Origin: an uncultured bacterium
GTDB lineage: Bacteria > Patescibacteriota > Minisyncoccia > CAIUEV01
Direction of reading: 5' to 3'
Assembly (NCBI GenBank): GCA_937952315.1
Contig: CALFZX010000010.1
Coordinates: 5,047 to 69,046 of the forward strand
DNA length: 64,000 bases
In this document: piece by piece, positions 20,856 through 30,996 of the stretch
Layout of the letters: every line of letters starts with the position of its first letter
How positions within the stretch are numbered: position 1 is the stretch's first letter
Made by a program: the position numbers and the translations under genes
Notes under the pieces: model-generated
Told to the model about the DNA's origin: nothing
Seen by the model: the letters and a program-made list of their open reading frames with translations, nothing else
Databases searched by the model: none

Positions 20856-23800
20856 TTAAACTTTGATTTTTAATCTTTCTCTTTTTTCCTCCTCTTCACC
20901 GATTAATGTCGCAAAAAGTACCGGCACGATCATCAGAGTAAAAAATGAAGACAAGCTCAAGCCGAAAATAATTGTTCCGCCAAGCGCTTTCCAGAGTTCG
21001 TTGGAAAGAGTGATCGGAATGATACCGAAAATTGTGCAGATTGAGGTGATAAAGATAGCCTCCAACCTTGATTTCCCGGCATCAACAATAGCTTCTTGAA
21101 AAGGAATATTGCTCCCCAAATTCAAATTTATTTTATCAATTAAAATAATCGCATTTTTGACCACAATCCCGAATAGAGCCAAAATTCCGATCAAACCGGG
21201 AAAACTTAAATTGATTCGAAAAATCGCTAAACCGATGAAAACCCCGATTAGCGCTAGAGGGAAAGTAGCCAGAACGATTAAGGCTTTTTTGAAGGAGTTA
21301 AATTGAATAATCATTGTTGAAAAGATCAAAAGACCGGCCACAATCATAGCTTTAAGAATTGATATCACCGACTCCGCATTCTGTTCGTTCTCTCCTCCGT
21401 AAACAATCTCGTAACCGGTCGGTAAAGTGTACTGCTCCTTCAGTTTTTTCTGAAAATCGGCTAGAACTTGATTCGGTCGCGTTTTCCCGCTGACTCCGGC
21501 CGTTAGGGAAACGGTTCGTTTCTGATCGGTTCGGGTGATGGTCTCTACCGAAGGCTTAAGCTCTACTTTCGCTATATCCTTTAGAAAAATTGCTGTTCCG
21601 GTCGGGCTTAAAATTTGCAAATTTTGCAAAGACTCCAAATCGGGCACCGCTCTTTTGTCAAAACGAGCCACGATTTTTATCTCCTTGTTATCTCTGATTA
21701 TTTTGCTCACTTCCATCTCTGAGACGGCCATTCGCAAAAAAGAAGAAACGGCCGGAATACTCAAGCCGGAGACCTTCAGTCTTTCTCGATCAATCAAAAA
21801 AGTATATTCAGCCGGTGCTTCTTTCAAGGAAATATCTTCGTTGATAACCCCGTCAATTTGGCTGAGAATTCTCTTTAGATCATTTGCCACCTTGTCTAAG
21901 ACTTGAAGATCTTCACCCTCGATTCTCGCCTCAAAAGCCGAGCCGGAAGGTGGCCCACCGCTCGGAGATTCGACTGTTATTTCCGCGTTTTTAATGCTTT
22001 TTAAATCGTTTCGAATCTTATCCGCCAAATCGTAAGAAGTAATCTCGCGACTGTTTTTATCAATTAAATTCATTGTCACAGAAGCTAAATTGGAGGAGGA
22101 GCTTCCCATTCCATCCCCTCCGCCTTGGCCGACCAAAGTTGAAAATTTTTCTATTTCCGGATATTTTAACAATTGAGCCTCAACTTTTTCCACGATTTTA
22201 TTGGTTTCTTCCAGTTTCAAGCCGGACGGCGCTTCGAGATTAAGATAGAGGCTGTCCTCGTCGGAGACGGAAAAAAATTCGGTTGCCACAATGCCGGACG
22301 CCGGCAAAGAGGCTGAGCCGAGAAAGAGGAGCAGAGTTCCGATCAAAGCTCCCCAGCGCCTTTTTCTCGTGGCTAAGATATAGCGAAGTTGCTTTTCATA
22401 GAGCGGTAAAATTATATTTATATTTGTAATTCCGGAGAAAATTCTTTGCCAAAAAGTTTTTTTTCTTCCTTCCGCCCGATCGGCTAATTTTTCTTTGATC
22501 ATTTCCGGATTTTCCCACTCGAGATTGACTAATTTTTCACTAGCCATCGCTCTTTTTCTTCCTTCCGCCAGATACCATCTCAAAAAGACTACCGCTACTG
22601 TCAGAGCGATAAAACCGATTGAGAAGCCGGCAGTATTCCGCATTAAAACAGCCGTAGCGGTGCCCCCCAAAATAATTATCGAAAAAATTCCGAAGAAAAA
22701 GCTACGAGTAAATCTTATGCGCTCCAAGATAGCAGCCATCGGATGATTTATCATTAAAGCGATCAACAGAGAGGCGGTCAATGTCACCGAGACAGTAATC
22801 GGGATCGATTTAATAAATTCTCCGATGATACCGGTTGCTAAGAGTAGGGGCAAAAAGGCCCAAACTGTTGTCAAAGTGGTCGTTACTAAAACCCATTTGA
22901 AGTCGCGCAACACTAAAATTACCGCCTGCTCCGGTGTAAATTTACCGGTTTTCAAATATTGTTTAGTCGCCGAAACAACAACAATAGCGTCATCAACGAG
23001 CAAGCCGAGCGATAACAGCAATGAAAAAATCGAAAGGAAATTTAAGCTTATCCCCGCCAATTCCATCACTCCAAAACTAATAAAAAAAGTCAGGGGAATG
23101 GCCATACCGGCCACAAAAGCCTCCTTGACACCAACCAATAGAATAAGCACCAACGAGACTAAAAATAAAGTTAGAAAAAAGTCGTGTGTCAGCTGATCGA
23201 AATCTTCTTTAATCATTTCAGACATGTCGGTCGTATAGGCGTATTCCATGCCTTCCGGAAAATTACCGCTCATCGTCTCGATTTTTTGTTTAGCCTCATC
23301 AATCGTTTTGAGAATCGATCCGCCGGTTTTTTTTATTAAGCTGATAGAAACCGCGTTTTTCGGATCTTCTCCTCCGGTGGAGAATCGTGAATAGACTGTC
23401 TTTTCAATCGCTTTTTCGCGGACATCCGCCAAGTCTTTCAAATAAACAATTGCCCCGTTTTCCGTTGAAATAATCGGTAAATTCTTGATCTGATCGGCAT
23501 TCACAAGCCGAGCATCGGATTTAATGGCATAATTATATTTTTCACCGGAAAAACTACCGGCCGGCATAAGTAAATTACCGGAAGCGATTATTTGATTAAC
23601 CTGTTCGGCGGAGATTTTGAAACTTTCCAGCTTTTCCGGATTATAAGCGACTTCGATCTCTCTTTCCTCCCCGCCTGAAACTTTAACTTCCCGCACGCCA
23701 GCAATCTTTTCCAGTTCATCTTGAAGTTCTTCAGCTTTTTGTCTCAGCGTAAAACCATCATATCTACCGGCCAATTCGATATTGAAAATCGGACGATCGT

Positions 23801-24308
23801 CAAAAGAAATCTCGTTCACCGACGAATCCCCCGCCTCTTCCGGTAATTCTCGTTGAATCGAGTCAACCTCGTCTTTCAGTCGCCTGATCGAGTCTTCAAG
23901 GTCCTCTCCCGCTTCAAACTCAACTACCAACGAGGATGTTGAGTTGGAAGAATAGGATGTGATCTTGTCGATACCTTTAAGACCGGAAACGGCCGTTTCT
24001 ATTTTTTTAGTGATTAGCTCTTCTACATCGGAAGGAGATGCTCCCGGAAGCACGGTAAAAACAGTAGCGATCGGTATTTTTACTTCCGGGTTAGATTCTC
24101 TAGGCAAACTGATAAAGGAATAGATTCCCCAGAGAGCGGAAAGCATTATCAGCAGCATTACTACTCGAAAATTGGACACAAAAAAACTCAACCAAGACTT
24201 TTTCAGTTCCGGATCCCATTTCAATTTTTGTAAATAAAGCAAATCTGAAGATTCAAAATCTTTACTATTGGGACTTTTTTTGCCAAAAATTCTATCTTTC
24301 CAGCTCAT
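20856..24308 (-). CDS. Efflux RND transporter permease (AcrB/HAE-like)
   Basis: 1150 aa with 12 transmembrane helices in a 1+5/1+5 layout and two large extracytoplasmic loops. Confidence 0.85.
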   Translation of the reverse strand: MSWKDRIFGKKSPNSKDFESSDLLYLQKLKWDPELKKSWLSFFVSNFRVVMLLIMLSALWGIYSFISLPRESNPEVKIPIATVFTVLPGASPSDVEELITKKIETAVSGLKGIDKITSYSSNSTSSLVVEFEAGEDLEDSIRRLKDEVDSIQRELPEEAGDSSVNEISFDDRPIFNIELAGRYDGFTLRQKAEELQDELEKIAGVREVKVSGGEEREIEVAYNPEKLESFKISAEQVNQIIASGNLLMPAGSFSGEKYNYAIKSDARLVNADQIKNLPIISTENGAIVYLKDLADVREKAIEKTVYSRFSTGGEDPKNAVSISLIKKTGGSILKTIDEAKQKIETMSGNFPEGMEYAYTTDMSEMIKEDFDQLTHDFFLTLFLVSLVLILLVGVKEAFVAGMAIPLTFFISFGVMELAGISLNFLSIFSLLLSLGLLVDDAIVVVSATKQYLKTGKFTPEQAVILVLRDFKWVLVTTTLTTVWAFLPLLLATGIIGEFIKSIPITVSVTLTASLLIALMINHPMAAILERIRFTRSFFFGIFSIIILGGTATAVLMRNTAGFSIGFIALTVAVVFLRWYLAEGRKRAMASEKLVNLEWENPEMIKEKLADRAEGRKKTFWQRIFSGITNINIILPLYEKQLRYILATRKRRWGALIGTLLLFLGSASLPASGIVATEFFSVSDEDSLYLNLEAPSGLKLEETNKIVEKVEAQLLKYPEIEKFSTLVGQGGGDGMGSSSSNLASVTMNLIDKNSREITSYDLADKIRNDLKSIKNAEITVESPSGGPPSGSAFEARIEGEDLQVLDKVANDLKRILSQIDGVINEDISLKEAPAEYTFLIDRERLKVSGLSIPAVSSFLRMAVSEMEVSKIIRDNKEIKIVARFDKRAVPDLESLQNLQILSPTGTAIFLKDIAKVELKPSVETITRTDQKRTVSLTAGVSGKTRPNQVLADFQKKLKEQYTLPTGYEIVYGGENEQNAESVISILKAMIVAGLLIFSTMIIQFNSFKKALIVLATFPLALIGVFIGLAIFRINLSFPGLIGILALFGIVVKNAIILIDKINLNLGSNIPFQEAIVDAGKSRLEAIFITSICTIFGIIPITLSNELWKALGGTIIFGLSLSSFFTLMIVPVLFATLIGEEEEKRERLKIKV

Positions 24309-25539
24309 CTCCTTCGTTTAAATATTTATTACCTTCCACCACCACTTCTCTATCCTCCGGCAAATCAATTTTTACTCGAGCTTTTTCTCCTTCAATTTCT
24401 TCTATTTCGACAACGATTTTTTTTGCTTTACCGTCTTCAGCAATGAAGATATAATTTTCGTTTTGATCGACCGTAATAACAGAAAGAGGAATAAGGAAGA
24501 TGTTTTTCTCCTGAATAATTTCTTTTTTTGGCACTTTTATATTTACTAAAGTGCCGGGAATCAATTCTGAATAACCCTTTGGGATTTCCGCTTCCACCAA
24601 AAACCGACGAGAGGCATCGTCTGCAGAAGGAGCAACGGCACTGATTTGCCCCTCCAAATCACGATTTTGATTTGTTTTAACCGTAATTTTTGTTCCTTTG
24701 TTTAGATGATTCAGCTCATCTTCACTCACAAAAAAAGTAATTTTTATGGTTTCTCGATCGGCGATGGTCAGCAAAGCTTGCCCGGGAGAAACATATTCTT
24801 TTTCTTCAACCATTTTAGCTGTCACTACTCCGTCGAATGTCGCGACCGGAGAAGCGCTTTCCTTTAGGCTCTTTAGCGTAAGACCGGCACTTTTTTCCTG
24901 CAATTGAGCCACTTCTTTTTGCATTTTACCCGCTTTAAGTTGAGAATTTAGATTTTTTTCCAAACTTTTGATTTGTTGATTCAATAATTCAACTTTATCC
25001 GCCTCACCGTCTGCCTCGGCCTGCTTTTTGGAGAGCTTCAAATATTTTAAATCGCTTTCCGTTGATTTTTTAAGATTTTTGTACGCTCGTTCCGCCGATT
25101 CGGTTGCCTGCTTAGCTTGTTCCAGACCCAATTCGGCCTGCTTGATGGATGTTGAATCAATGCCCTCGCCATAAGCACCTCTGTCTCTAACTTCTTCGAT
25201 TTGTAAAAGCTTGTCCCCGACAGAAACTTCGTCGCCCAAATCGAAATTAAGCTCCGTAATCGTGCCATTTGTGGACGCAACTATATTAGTTTCCGATTCG
25301 GCTACCACTTGCCCCAAATAATTGATTTCCGAAGCGGAGGATTTAAAATCGATTAGTTTTTTTAATTCGGCTTTTTTTGGAATGACTTCTTCCGCCTGCA
25401 CCGGTGTTTTTGATCCAAGCCATTGTTTTATTGTCGGCGCCAAAAAGCTGGACAAGCTGAATATTAAGGCCAGAAAAGCTCCCACGACCAAAAACTTATC
25501 CGTGGCTCTGAACGATCTTTTTCCTTTTCTAGATTGCAT
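24292..25539 (-). CDS. Efflux RND periplasmic adaptor (membrane fusion protein, HlyD-like)
   Basis: N-terminal transmembrane helix, long coiled-coil hairpin, beta-barrel C-terminus. Overlaps the RND gene by 17 nt. Confidence 0.75.
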   Translation of the reverse strand: MQSRKGKRSFRATDKFLVVGAFLALIFSLSSFLAPTIKQWLGSKTPVQAEEVIPKKAELKKLIDFKSSASEINYLGQVVAESETNIVASTNGTITELNFDLGDEVSVGDKLLQIEEVRDRGAYGEGIDSTSIKQAELGLEQAKQATESAERAYKNLKKSTESDLKYLKLSKKQAEADGEADKVELLNQQIKSLEKNLNSQLKAGKMQKEVAQLQEKSAGLTLKSLKESASPVATFDGVVTAKMVEEKEYVSPGQALLTIADRETIKITFFVSEDELNHLNKGTKITVKTNQNRDLEGQISAVAPSADDASRRFLVEAEIPKGYSELIPGTLVNIKVPKKEIIQEKNIFLIPLSVITVDQNENYIFIAEDGKAKKIVVEIEEIEGEKARVKIDLPEDREVVVEGNKYLNEGDELER

Positions 25540-25810
25540 AATCTTAATTGTCTTTAGTTCTTAATCCTGAACAACGATTTTACACACTGTTTTTTAGTTA
25601 AAGCAAGAGAAGGGGGCCGATTTCCAATTTTGGAATTTATCAGAAAAGCAATACTTTTTGTCTTCTCCAAAAATTCTGTTTCTTTCTTACTTCTTCATAT
25701 TTAAAATAAAAAATATCGATGAAAAATCCGAGTAAAAAGCGGAAAAGCAGACAGAAAACCGAGCCGTTTTGGTCGGGCGCTTTGGCACTTTAAAGAATCG
25801 GCTTGGAAAA

Positions 25811-25842
25811 GTAAAAAGTCCCGAGATCTCGAGACTTTTTAC
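25811..25842 (-). terminator. 32-bp near-perfect palindrome, putative nusA terminator
   Basis: Sequence 'gtaaaaagtcccgagatctcgagactttttac' has 2 mismatches to its own reverse complement and lies 28 nt after the nusA stop. Confidence 0.5.
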
Positions 25843-25869
25843 TTGATACTACTCAAAAAATAACTAATT

Positions 25870-27228
25870 CTATTTCTTCTCTTCAGCTTTTTCTTCTTCC
25901 TTCTCTCCCTCAACAATTTCCTCTTGTGGCATTTCCGTCAAAACTTCCTCCTGTTTTTCAGTGGTCGGCTCAGTCTTCTCCTCTGCGACCAGAGGCTTTT
26001 TCTCCTCCGTTTCTTCACCGTTCCAGACCTCGATATCGATCTCCCAGCCGGTAATACGGGACGCCAAACGAACATTTTGCCCACTGCGACCGATAGCAAT
26101 ACTTTGCTGATCTTTATCAACAAAAACTCGAACGCGTCGATTCTCCTCGTCCGTTACCATGATTTTTCTAACTTTGGCCGGCGAAAGAGCTCGCTCTAGA
26201 AAAATCATCGAATCTTCACTGTAGTTGATCAAATCGATTCTTTCTCCTCGGAGTTCATCCGTCACCGCTTGAACACGCGTACCTCGTTGGCCGATACAAG
26301 ATCCGACAGAATCAATGCTGGGATCTTCACTCCAAACAGCCACTTTGGCTCTTTGACCGGGCTCTCGTACCACTTTGTGAATTTTCACCACACCGGCAAA
26401 AATTTCCGGCACCTCCAATTTTAAGAGTCCTTCCACAAGGGCAGGATGGGTGCGAGACACAATTACCATAGTGTTCCTTGACTCGGAATCAACGCGTAAA
26501 ATATAGACTTTCAAACGCTGACCTTGTTCATAACGCTCTCCGACAACTTGTTCCTTGCGTGGCAAGAGGGCGATAGTTTTACCCAAATCAATATGAGCTT
26601 GAAAACCTTCAACTCGTTGAACGGTGCCGGGCAGAACCTCACCGACCCTTTCAGCATATTCATTATAGATAATATTTTTTTCAGTTTCTTTGATTTTTTG
26701 TAAAATCACTTGTTTGGCCGTTTGAGCGGCAATACGACCAAAATCTTTTGGGGCGGAAACGGGAATGGCCAAATACTGGCCTTTCTTTATCTTAGGCAGT
26801 AATTTTTTCGCTTCTTCAATTAAAATTTCTCGTTCCGGCCTAAAGAAAAGCTTTTTTTCTTCATCTTCCGGCGTGTTCGCGTCCTCTCGATCTTCAAGGT
26901 TTTCCTCTTTCCAAATTTTTATTTTGCGTTTTTTGTCCGGAGCGGGCAATTCAAAATTTTCTTCTTTTTCGGCAAATTCGCGGTCTTTCTTGTCAACAAC
27001 TTGATAAATTTCAAAGAAACTTCCGGCGCCTGATTGATCGTTAAAGTCTGCGCGAACGATTCGGCCTTTTCGACCGGTTTCCTTTTTGTAAGCAGCGGAA
27101 AGAGCGCTTTCAATCACTTCGATAATTACTTCTTGATCGATACCTTTTTCCTCGCAAATCTGGGCGATAGCTGCACCCCATTCGCTAAGGTGACCGGTTT
27201 GACTGTCGGAATAAAAACTTTTATCCAT
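25870..27228 (-). CDS. nusA: Transcription termination/antitermination factor NusA
   Basis: NusA N-terminal domain, S1 domain and two KH blocks, plus an acidic C-terminal tail. Confidence 0.9.
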   Translation of the reverse strand: MDKSFYSDSQTGHLSEWGAAIAQICEEKGIDQEVIIEVIESALSAAYKKETGRKGRIVRADFNDQSGAGSFFEIYQVVDKKDREFAEKEENFELPAPDKKRKIKIWKEENLEDREDANTPEDEEKKLFFRPEREILIEEAKKLLPKIKKGQYLAIPVSAPKDFGRIAAQTAKQVILQKIKETEKNIIYNEYAERVGEVLPGTVQRVEGFQAHIDLGKTIALLPRKEQVVGERYEQGQRLKVYILRVDSESRNTMVIVSRTHPALVEGLLKLEVPEIFAGVVKIHKVVREPGQRAKVAVWSEDPSIDSVGSCIGQRGTRVQAVTDELRGERIDLINYSEDSMIFLERALSPAKVRKIMVTDEENRRVRVFVDKDQQSIAIGRSGQNVRLASRITGWEIDIEVWNGEETEEKKPLVAEEKTEPTTEKQEEVLTEMPQEEIVEGEKEEEKAEEKK

Positions 27229-27351
27229 AGTTTTGGTTGATTAATAATTATTTTCGACGATTGCTTATCTTTATAAAAAATGGCCCGCCGAGGCGGACCG
27301 TCCAGATAAGTACCATCATTTTTCCTGACTAAACTAAAACACGGTTTTTTA

Positions 27352-27392
27352 TTTGAAGCAAAAAATAAAAAAGACAGGTTTGAACCTGTCTT
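27352..27392 (-). terminator. Rho-independent terminator
   Basis: On the minus strand, an 8-bp stem 'aagacagg/cctgtctt' with a 6-nt loop is followed by a U-tract. It lies 10 nt after the stop of the 73-aa ORF. Confidence 0.6.
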
Positions 27393-27402
27393 GGGTTTGT
27401 AA

Positions 27403-27624
27403 TTATAATTTTCTGTAAAAAACGAAATAACCGATTGGAGGATGACTGCAATTGATCTCCAAAATATCCAGGAGTGTGACGCCTTCACCTCCCTTGAACT
27501 CTCGGGAAACAAAAATTCCCGAAGCCCCCTTTACGGAGATTTCATCGAGCCCCAAATCTTCCATTCGATTTATTGCTTGCAAAGCGAGCTCTCGAAGGTG
27601 ATCGGAAATCTTAATCTCAACCAT
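27403..27624 (-). CDS. Small protein, possible truncated RimP-like N-terminal domain
   Basis: It sits upstream of nusA, where rimP normally is. It is 73 aa against ~150 aa for RimP, with weak resemblance in the 'DLGLDEISVKGASGIFV...GVTLLD' block. It ends at its own terminator. Confidence 0.3.
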   Translation of the reverse strand: MVEIKISDHLRELALQAINRMEDLGLDEISVKGASGIFVSREFKGGEGVTLLDILEINCSHPPIGYFVFYRKL

Positions 27625-27766
27625 AGGAAACTCCTTTCAATTTGAATGCGGACGATTTTCTTAAAAAGTACTTGGTTGTTACAATTAAAGGTCTTAAAAG
27701 AACAACTGGCTTATTTAGCACACTATTTTCAGTCTGTAAATGCCTGTTGTTAAAAAAGTTCAAATG

Positions 27767-27837
27767 AGCGGGTAACGGGAGTCGAACCCGTCTTTTAGCC
27801 TTGGGAAGGCTGCGTAATACCGATATACCATACCCGC
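27767..27837 (-). tRNA. tRNA-Gly (anticodon CCC)
   Basis: Reverse complement gives acceptor GCGGGTA/TACCCGC, anticodon loop TTCCCAA and T-arm ACGGGTTCGACTCCCGT. About 71 nt. Confidence 0.75.
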
Positions 27838-27921
27838 TTGTCTAATTTTTGCAAATTGGATTATTTAATTAAATCTATGCTAAAATAAAAAAAATAACAA
27901 CCGATTAGGTAAAAAATAAAT

Positions 27922-30900
27922 ATGGCTTTTTCAAAAAAAATCAGCTCGACAGGAAGAGAAGAATTCCAGGAGATCACTCTTAGAGACACAACCAGACGGT
28001 TAAGTCGCATTTCCGAGGAGGAGCAAGCGGCCATCAAAGCGGCCGGTTTGGGTTTACCCTATCTTGATTTGAATATTTTTCCCGTAGGCACTGAAACTAT
28101 TAGCACTTTGCCGGAGGAAGTTTCGCGCTTCGGACAGTTGGTTGTTATTCAAAAAGCGGGACGAGACTTAAAAGTCGGCGTCGTTGAACCGAAAGATCCA
28201 AAAACACAGGAAGTGCTCGAAAAAATGGAAAAAGATGAAGGCTACAATTCTAGAATTTACATTATTTCTAAAACTAGCCTAGAAAGAGCTTTGGATCGCT
28301 ACAAACAGGCGAATCTCTCGACTTCGCTTGAAGAAATGATGCTAACGCTGTCCGGTAAAGACTTGGAAAAATTTGAAAACGACATTAAAGAACTGGTTGA
28401 CCTCAAAAAAAGAATTCGAGAGTTACCCACCACGGAAGTTTTGAATGTAATTATCGCCGGCGCTATCAAATTGGAAGCGAGCGATGTTCACACAGAACCG
28501 CAAAAGGAAGATGTTCGAATCCGCTATCGTTTAGACGGTGTGCTTCACGATATTGTCCACATTCCCTATAATTTCTATCCCTATGTCCTTTCTCGCGTTA
28601 AGATGCTTTCCGGCTTGAAATTAAATATTCGAGACCGAGCTCAGGATGGTCGTTTTACTATTAAAACTAATTCTTCCGAAATTGATGTAAGAGTTTCCAT
28701 CCTGCCGGGTAATTATGGTGAAAATGTGGTGATGAGGTTGCTTAATCAAGATTCAGTTGGCTTAAAATTGGAGGATTTGGGTTTGCGAGGTCGCGCCTTT
28801 GATCAGTTGATTAGCCAGCTAAACAAGCCCAATGGTATGATCCTAAATACCGGACCGACCGGATCGGGAAAAACAACAACGCTTTATGCCTGCCTTATGC
28901 GCATTAACAGTCCGGATACGAAAATTATTACGATTGAAGACCCGATCGAGTACCGTCTGCCCGGTATCTCGCAAACACAGGTGCACAAAGAAAAAGGCTA
29001 TGATTTTTCTAACGGTTTGCGCTCAATTGTCCGTCAAGACCCGGACGCTATTCTGGTGGGAGAAATCCGAGATGAGGAAACGGGGGATATTGCGGTTCAC
29101 GCCGCTCTGACCGGTCATTTGGTTTTTTCCACTTTGCACACGAATTCAGCTTCCGGCGCTGTTCCTCGTTTGATTGACTTGGGTATTCGACCGACCTTGA
29201 TTGCTCCTTCCGTTAATTGTGTCATTGCTCAAAGATTGGTGCGAAAACTATGCCCTTATTGCAAAGAAGAGTATGTACCCGCCAAAGAAACACTGGAAAG
29301 TATGGGTCGTTTTCTCTCGATTATTTCGCCTAAGGCGGGAGTGGAAATTCCTAAAAATATTACTACTCTTTTTCGAGCCAAAGGTTGTCCTCGCTGTAAG
29401 GGTATCGGTTATAAAGGACAAATGGGCATTTTTGAAGTTTTTGAGATCAACAAGGAAACGGAAAAATTAGTTTTGGAGATGGCGCCGGCCACCGATCTCC
29501 TGGCGGCGGCGATGGAATCCGGTATGATTACCATGCTTCAAGACGGAATTTTAAAAGCCTCGGAAGGCATCACTTCAATGGACGAAGTGGAAAGAACGAC
29601 GGGCGCCGGCCAGTATCTGCAGGAGGTTTATGAGAAAATCATGACCCAACTTCTCTCCTTGCAATTGAAAATAGACAAAAAACAGATCGGGGAAACGCTT
29701 GAATGCGGTTTTGACGCTCAAAAAATGGCATCACTGATCCAAAAGGCGAGCAATAAGGAAATCCTCAATTATGTGGTCGCGGGCGGATTGGCCTTCGATG
29801 CGGGCGACATTCATATGGAACCGCAGGGAGATCTGATCAAAATTCGTTATCGTATTGACGGTATTTTGGAGGACATAACGGATATTAAGGCTCAGGACTA
29901 TTTACCAATTTTATCGCAGATCAAGCTACTTTCAGGTTTTAAAACCGATTCTCACGAGGCGGTCCAGGACAGTCGTTTCGGCATCGCTTTAGAAATGCAA
30001 ATCAACGACATTGCCGACACTAAAATCGATGTCAGAGTTTCAATCATTACGGGCGGTTACGGAGAGACGGTAGTGTTGAGATTGCTTCATAAATCGGCTC
30101 GCGCTTTAGAGGTGGAGAAAATCGGTTTCAGACCGCAATTATTGGAGAAATTATTGCGAGAAATTGAAAAACCGAACGGCATTATTCTGAATACCGGACC
30201 GACCGGATCGGGAAAAACAACGACGCTATATTCCTTGCTTAATCGTCTGAACAAACCGGAAGTTAAAATTATCACCGTAGAAGATCCGATAGAATATCGT
30301 TTGGCGGGGATTCTCCAGACCCAAGTTTCCACGGAGGAAGGTTATGATTTCGCCAACGCTTTAAAGGCACTTCTGCGTCAAAATCCGGATATAATGATGA
30401 TTGGAGAAATTCGCGATGAGGAAACGGCTAAAATAGCCATTCAAGCTTCTCTAACCGGGCATTTGGTGCTTTCCACTTTGCACACTAACAGCGCGGTAGC
30501 TTCTATTCAAAGGTTGATCAATATGAATATTGATCCTACCGATATCGCCACTTCCACTAACGCTATGATGGCGCAGAGACTGCTCCGAAAGCTTTGCCCT
30601 CATTGTCGAAAAGAGGTGTTACCGAGTGATCAAGACAAACGCAAACTTGAGGAGGTGCTAGCCACCGTCAGCAAATCTTCCGGCGTCGAAGTGCCTTCAA
30701 AAATTGAAAAATTGTTTGAGCCGGTCGGTTGCGAAAAATGTAAGAATCTCGGCTATTCCGGTCGAATCGCTGTGGCGGAGATAATGGCAATGAGTCCGAC
30801 ACTTGAAGAGATGGTCTCCCGTTTTATGATCACTTCGGAGATAGAACGACAGGCGATTAGTGAAGGGATGCTGACGATGACTCAAGATGCGGCGATTCGC

Positions 30901-30954
30901 GTGGTGAACGGCGAAACAAGTATCGCCGAAGCGGCTCGATCGACGGAGCTTTAA
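27922..30954 (+). CDS. Tandem-fused double PilB/GspE-type secretion ATPase (two complete T2SS/T4P ATPase modules in one 1010-aa polypeptide)
   Basis: Each half carries Walker A 'LNTGPTGSGKTTTLY', Asp box, Walker B 'GEIRDEET', His box 'TGHLV(F/L)STLHTNSA' and a tetracysteine zinc motif (CPYC...CPRC in the first half, CPHC...CEKC in the second). Confidence 0.85.
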   Translation: MAFSKKISSTGREEFQEITLRDTTRRLSRISEEEQAAIKAAGLGLPYLDLNIFPVGTETISTLPEEVSRFGQLVVIQKAGRDLKVGVVEPKDPKTQEVLEKMEKDEGYNSRIYIISKTSLERALDRYKQANLSTSLEEMMLTLSGKDLEKFENDIKELVDLKKRIRELPTTEVLNVIIAGAIKLEASDVHTEPQKEDVRIRYRLDGVLHDIVHIPYNFYPYVLSRVKMLSGLKLNIRDRAQDGRFTIKTNSSEIDVRVSILPGNYGENVVMRLLNQDSVGLKLEDLGLRGRAFDQLISQLNKPNGMILNTGPTGSGKTTTLYACLMRINSPDTKIITIEDPIEYRLPGISQTQVHKEKGYDFSNGLRSIVRQDPDAILVGEIRDEETGDIAVHAALTGHLVFSTLHTNSASGAVPRLIDLGIRPTLIAPSVNCVIAQRLVRKLCPYCKEEYVPAKETLESMGRFLSIISPKAGVEIPKNITTLFRAKGCPRCKGIGYKGQMGIFEVFEINKETEKLVLEMAPATDLLAAAMESGMITMLQDGILKASEGITSMDEVERTTGAGQYLQEVYEKIMTQLLSLQLKIDKKQIGETLECGFDAQKMASLIQKASNKEILNYVVAGGLAFDAGDIHMEPQGDLIKIRYRIDGILEDITDIKAQDYLPILSQIKLLSGFKTDSHEAVQDSRFGIALEMQINDIADTKIDVRVSIITGGYGETVVLRLLHKSARALEVEKIGFRPQLLEKLLREIEKPNGIILNTGPTGSGKTTTLYSLLNRLNKPEVKIITVEDPIEYRLAGILQTQVSTEEGYDFANALKALLRQNPDIMMIGEIRDEETAKIAIQASLTGHLVLSTLHTNSAVASIQRLINMNIDPTDIATSTNAMMAQRLLRKLCPHCRKEVLPSDQDKRKLEEVLATVSKSSGVEVPSKIEKLFEPVGCEKCKNLGYSGRIAVAEIMAMSPTLEEMVSRFMITSEIERQAISEGMLTMTQDAAIRVVNGETSIAEAARSTEL

Positions 30955-30996
30955 ATCAAAATATTACGGAAAATAAAAATTAATTCCTTTCCCCCT

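Noticed and set aside
25622-25635. 'ttccaa-tt-ttggaa' inverted repeat as a regulator operator
   Set aside because: It is 14 bp in AT-rich DNA, and no cognate regulator gene is nearby. Chance occurrence is plausible.
25811-25842. BglII/XhoI palindrome as cloning-vector contamination
   Set aside because: No other vector-like sequence is present. The element sits exactly where a terminator is expected and is flanked by native-looking AT-rich DNA. Read support should still be checked.
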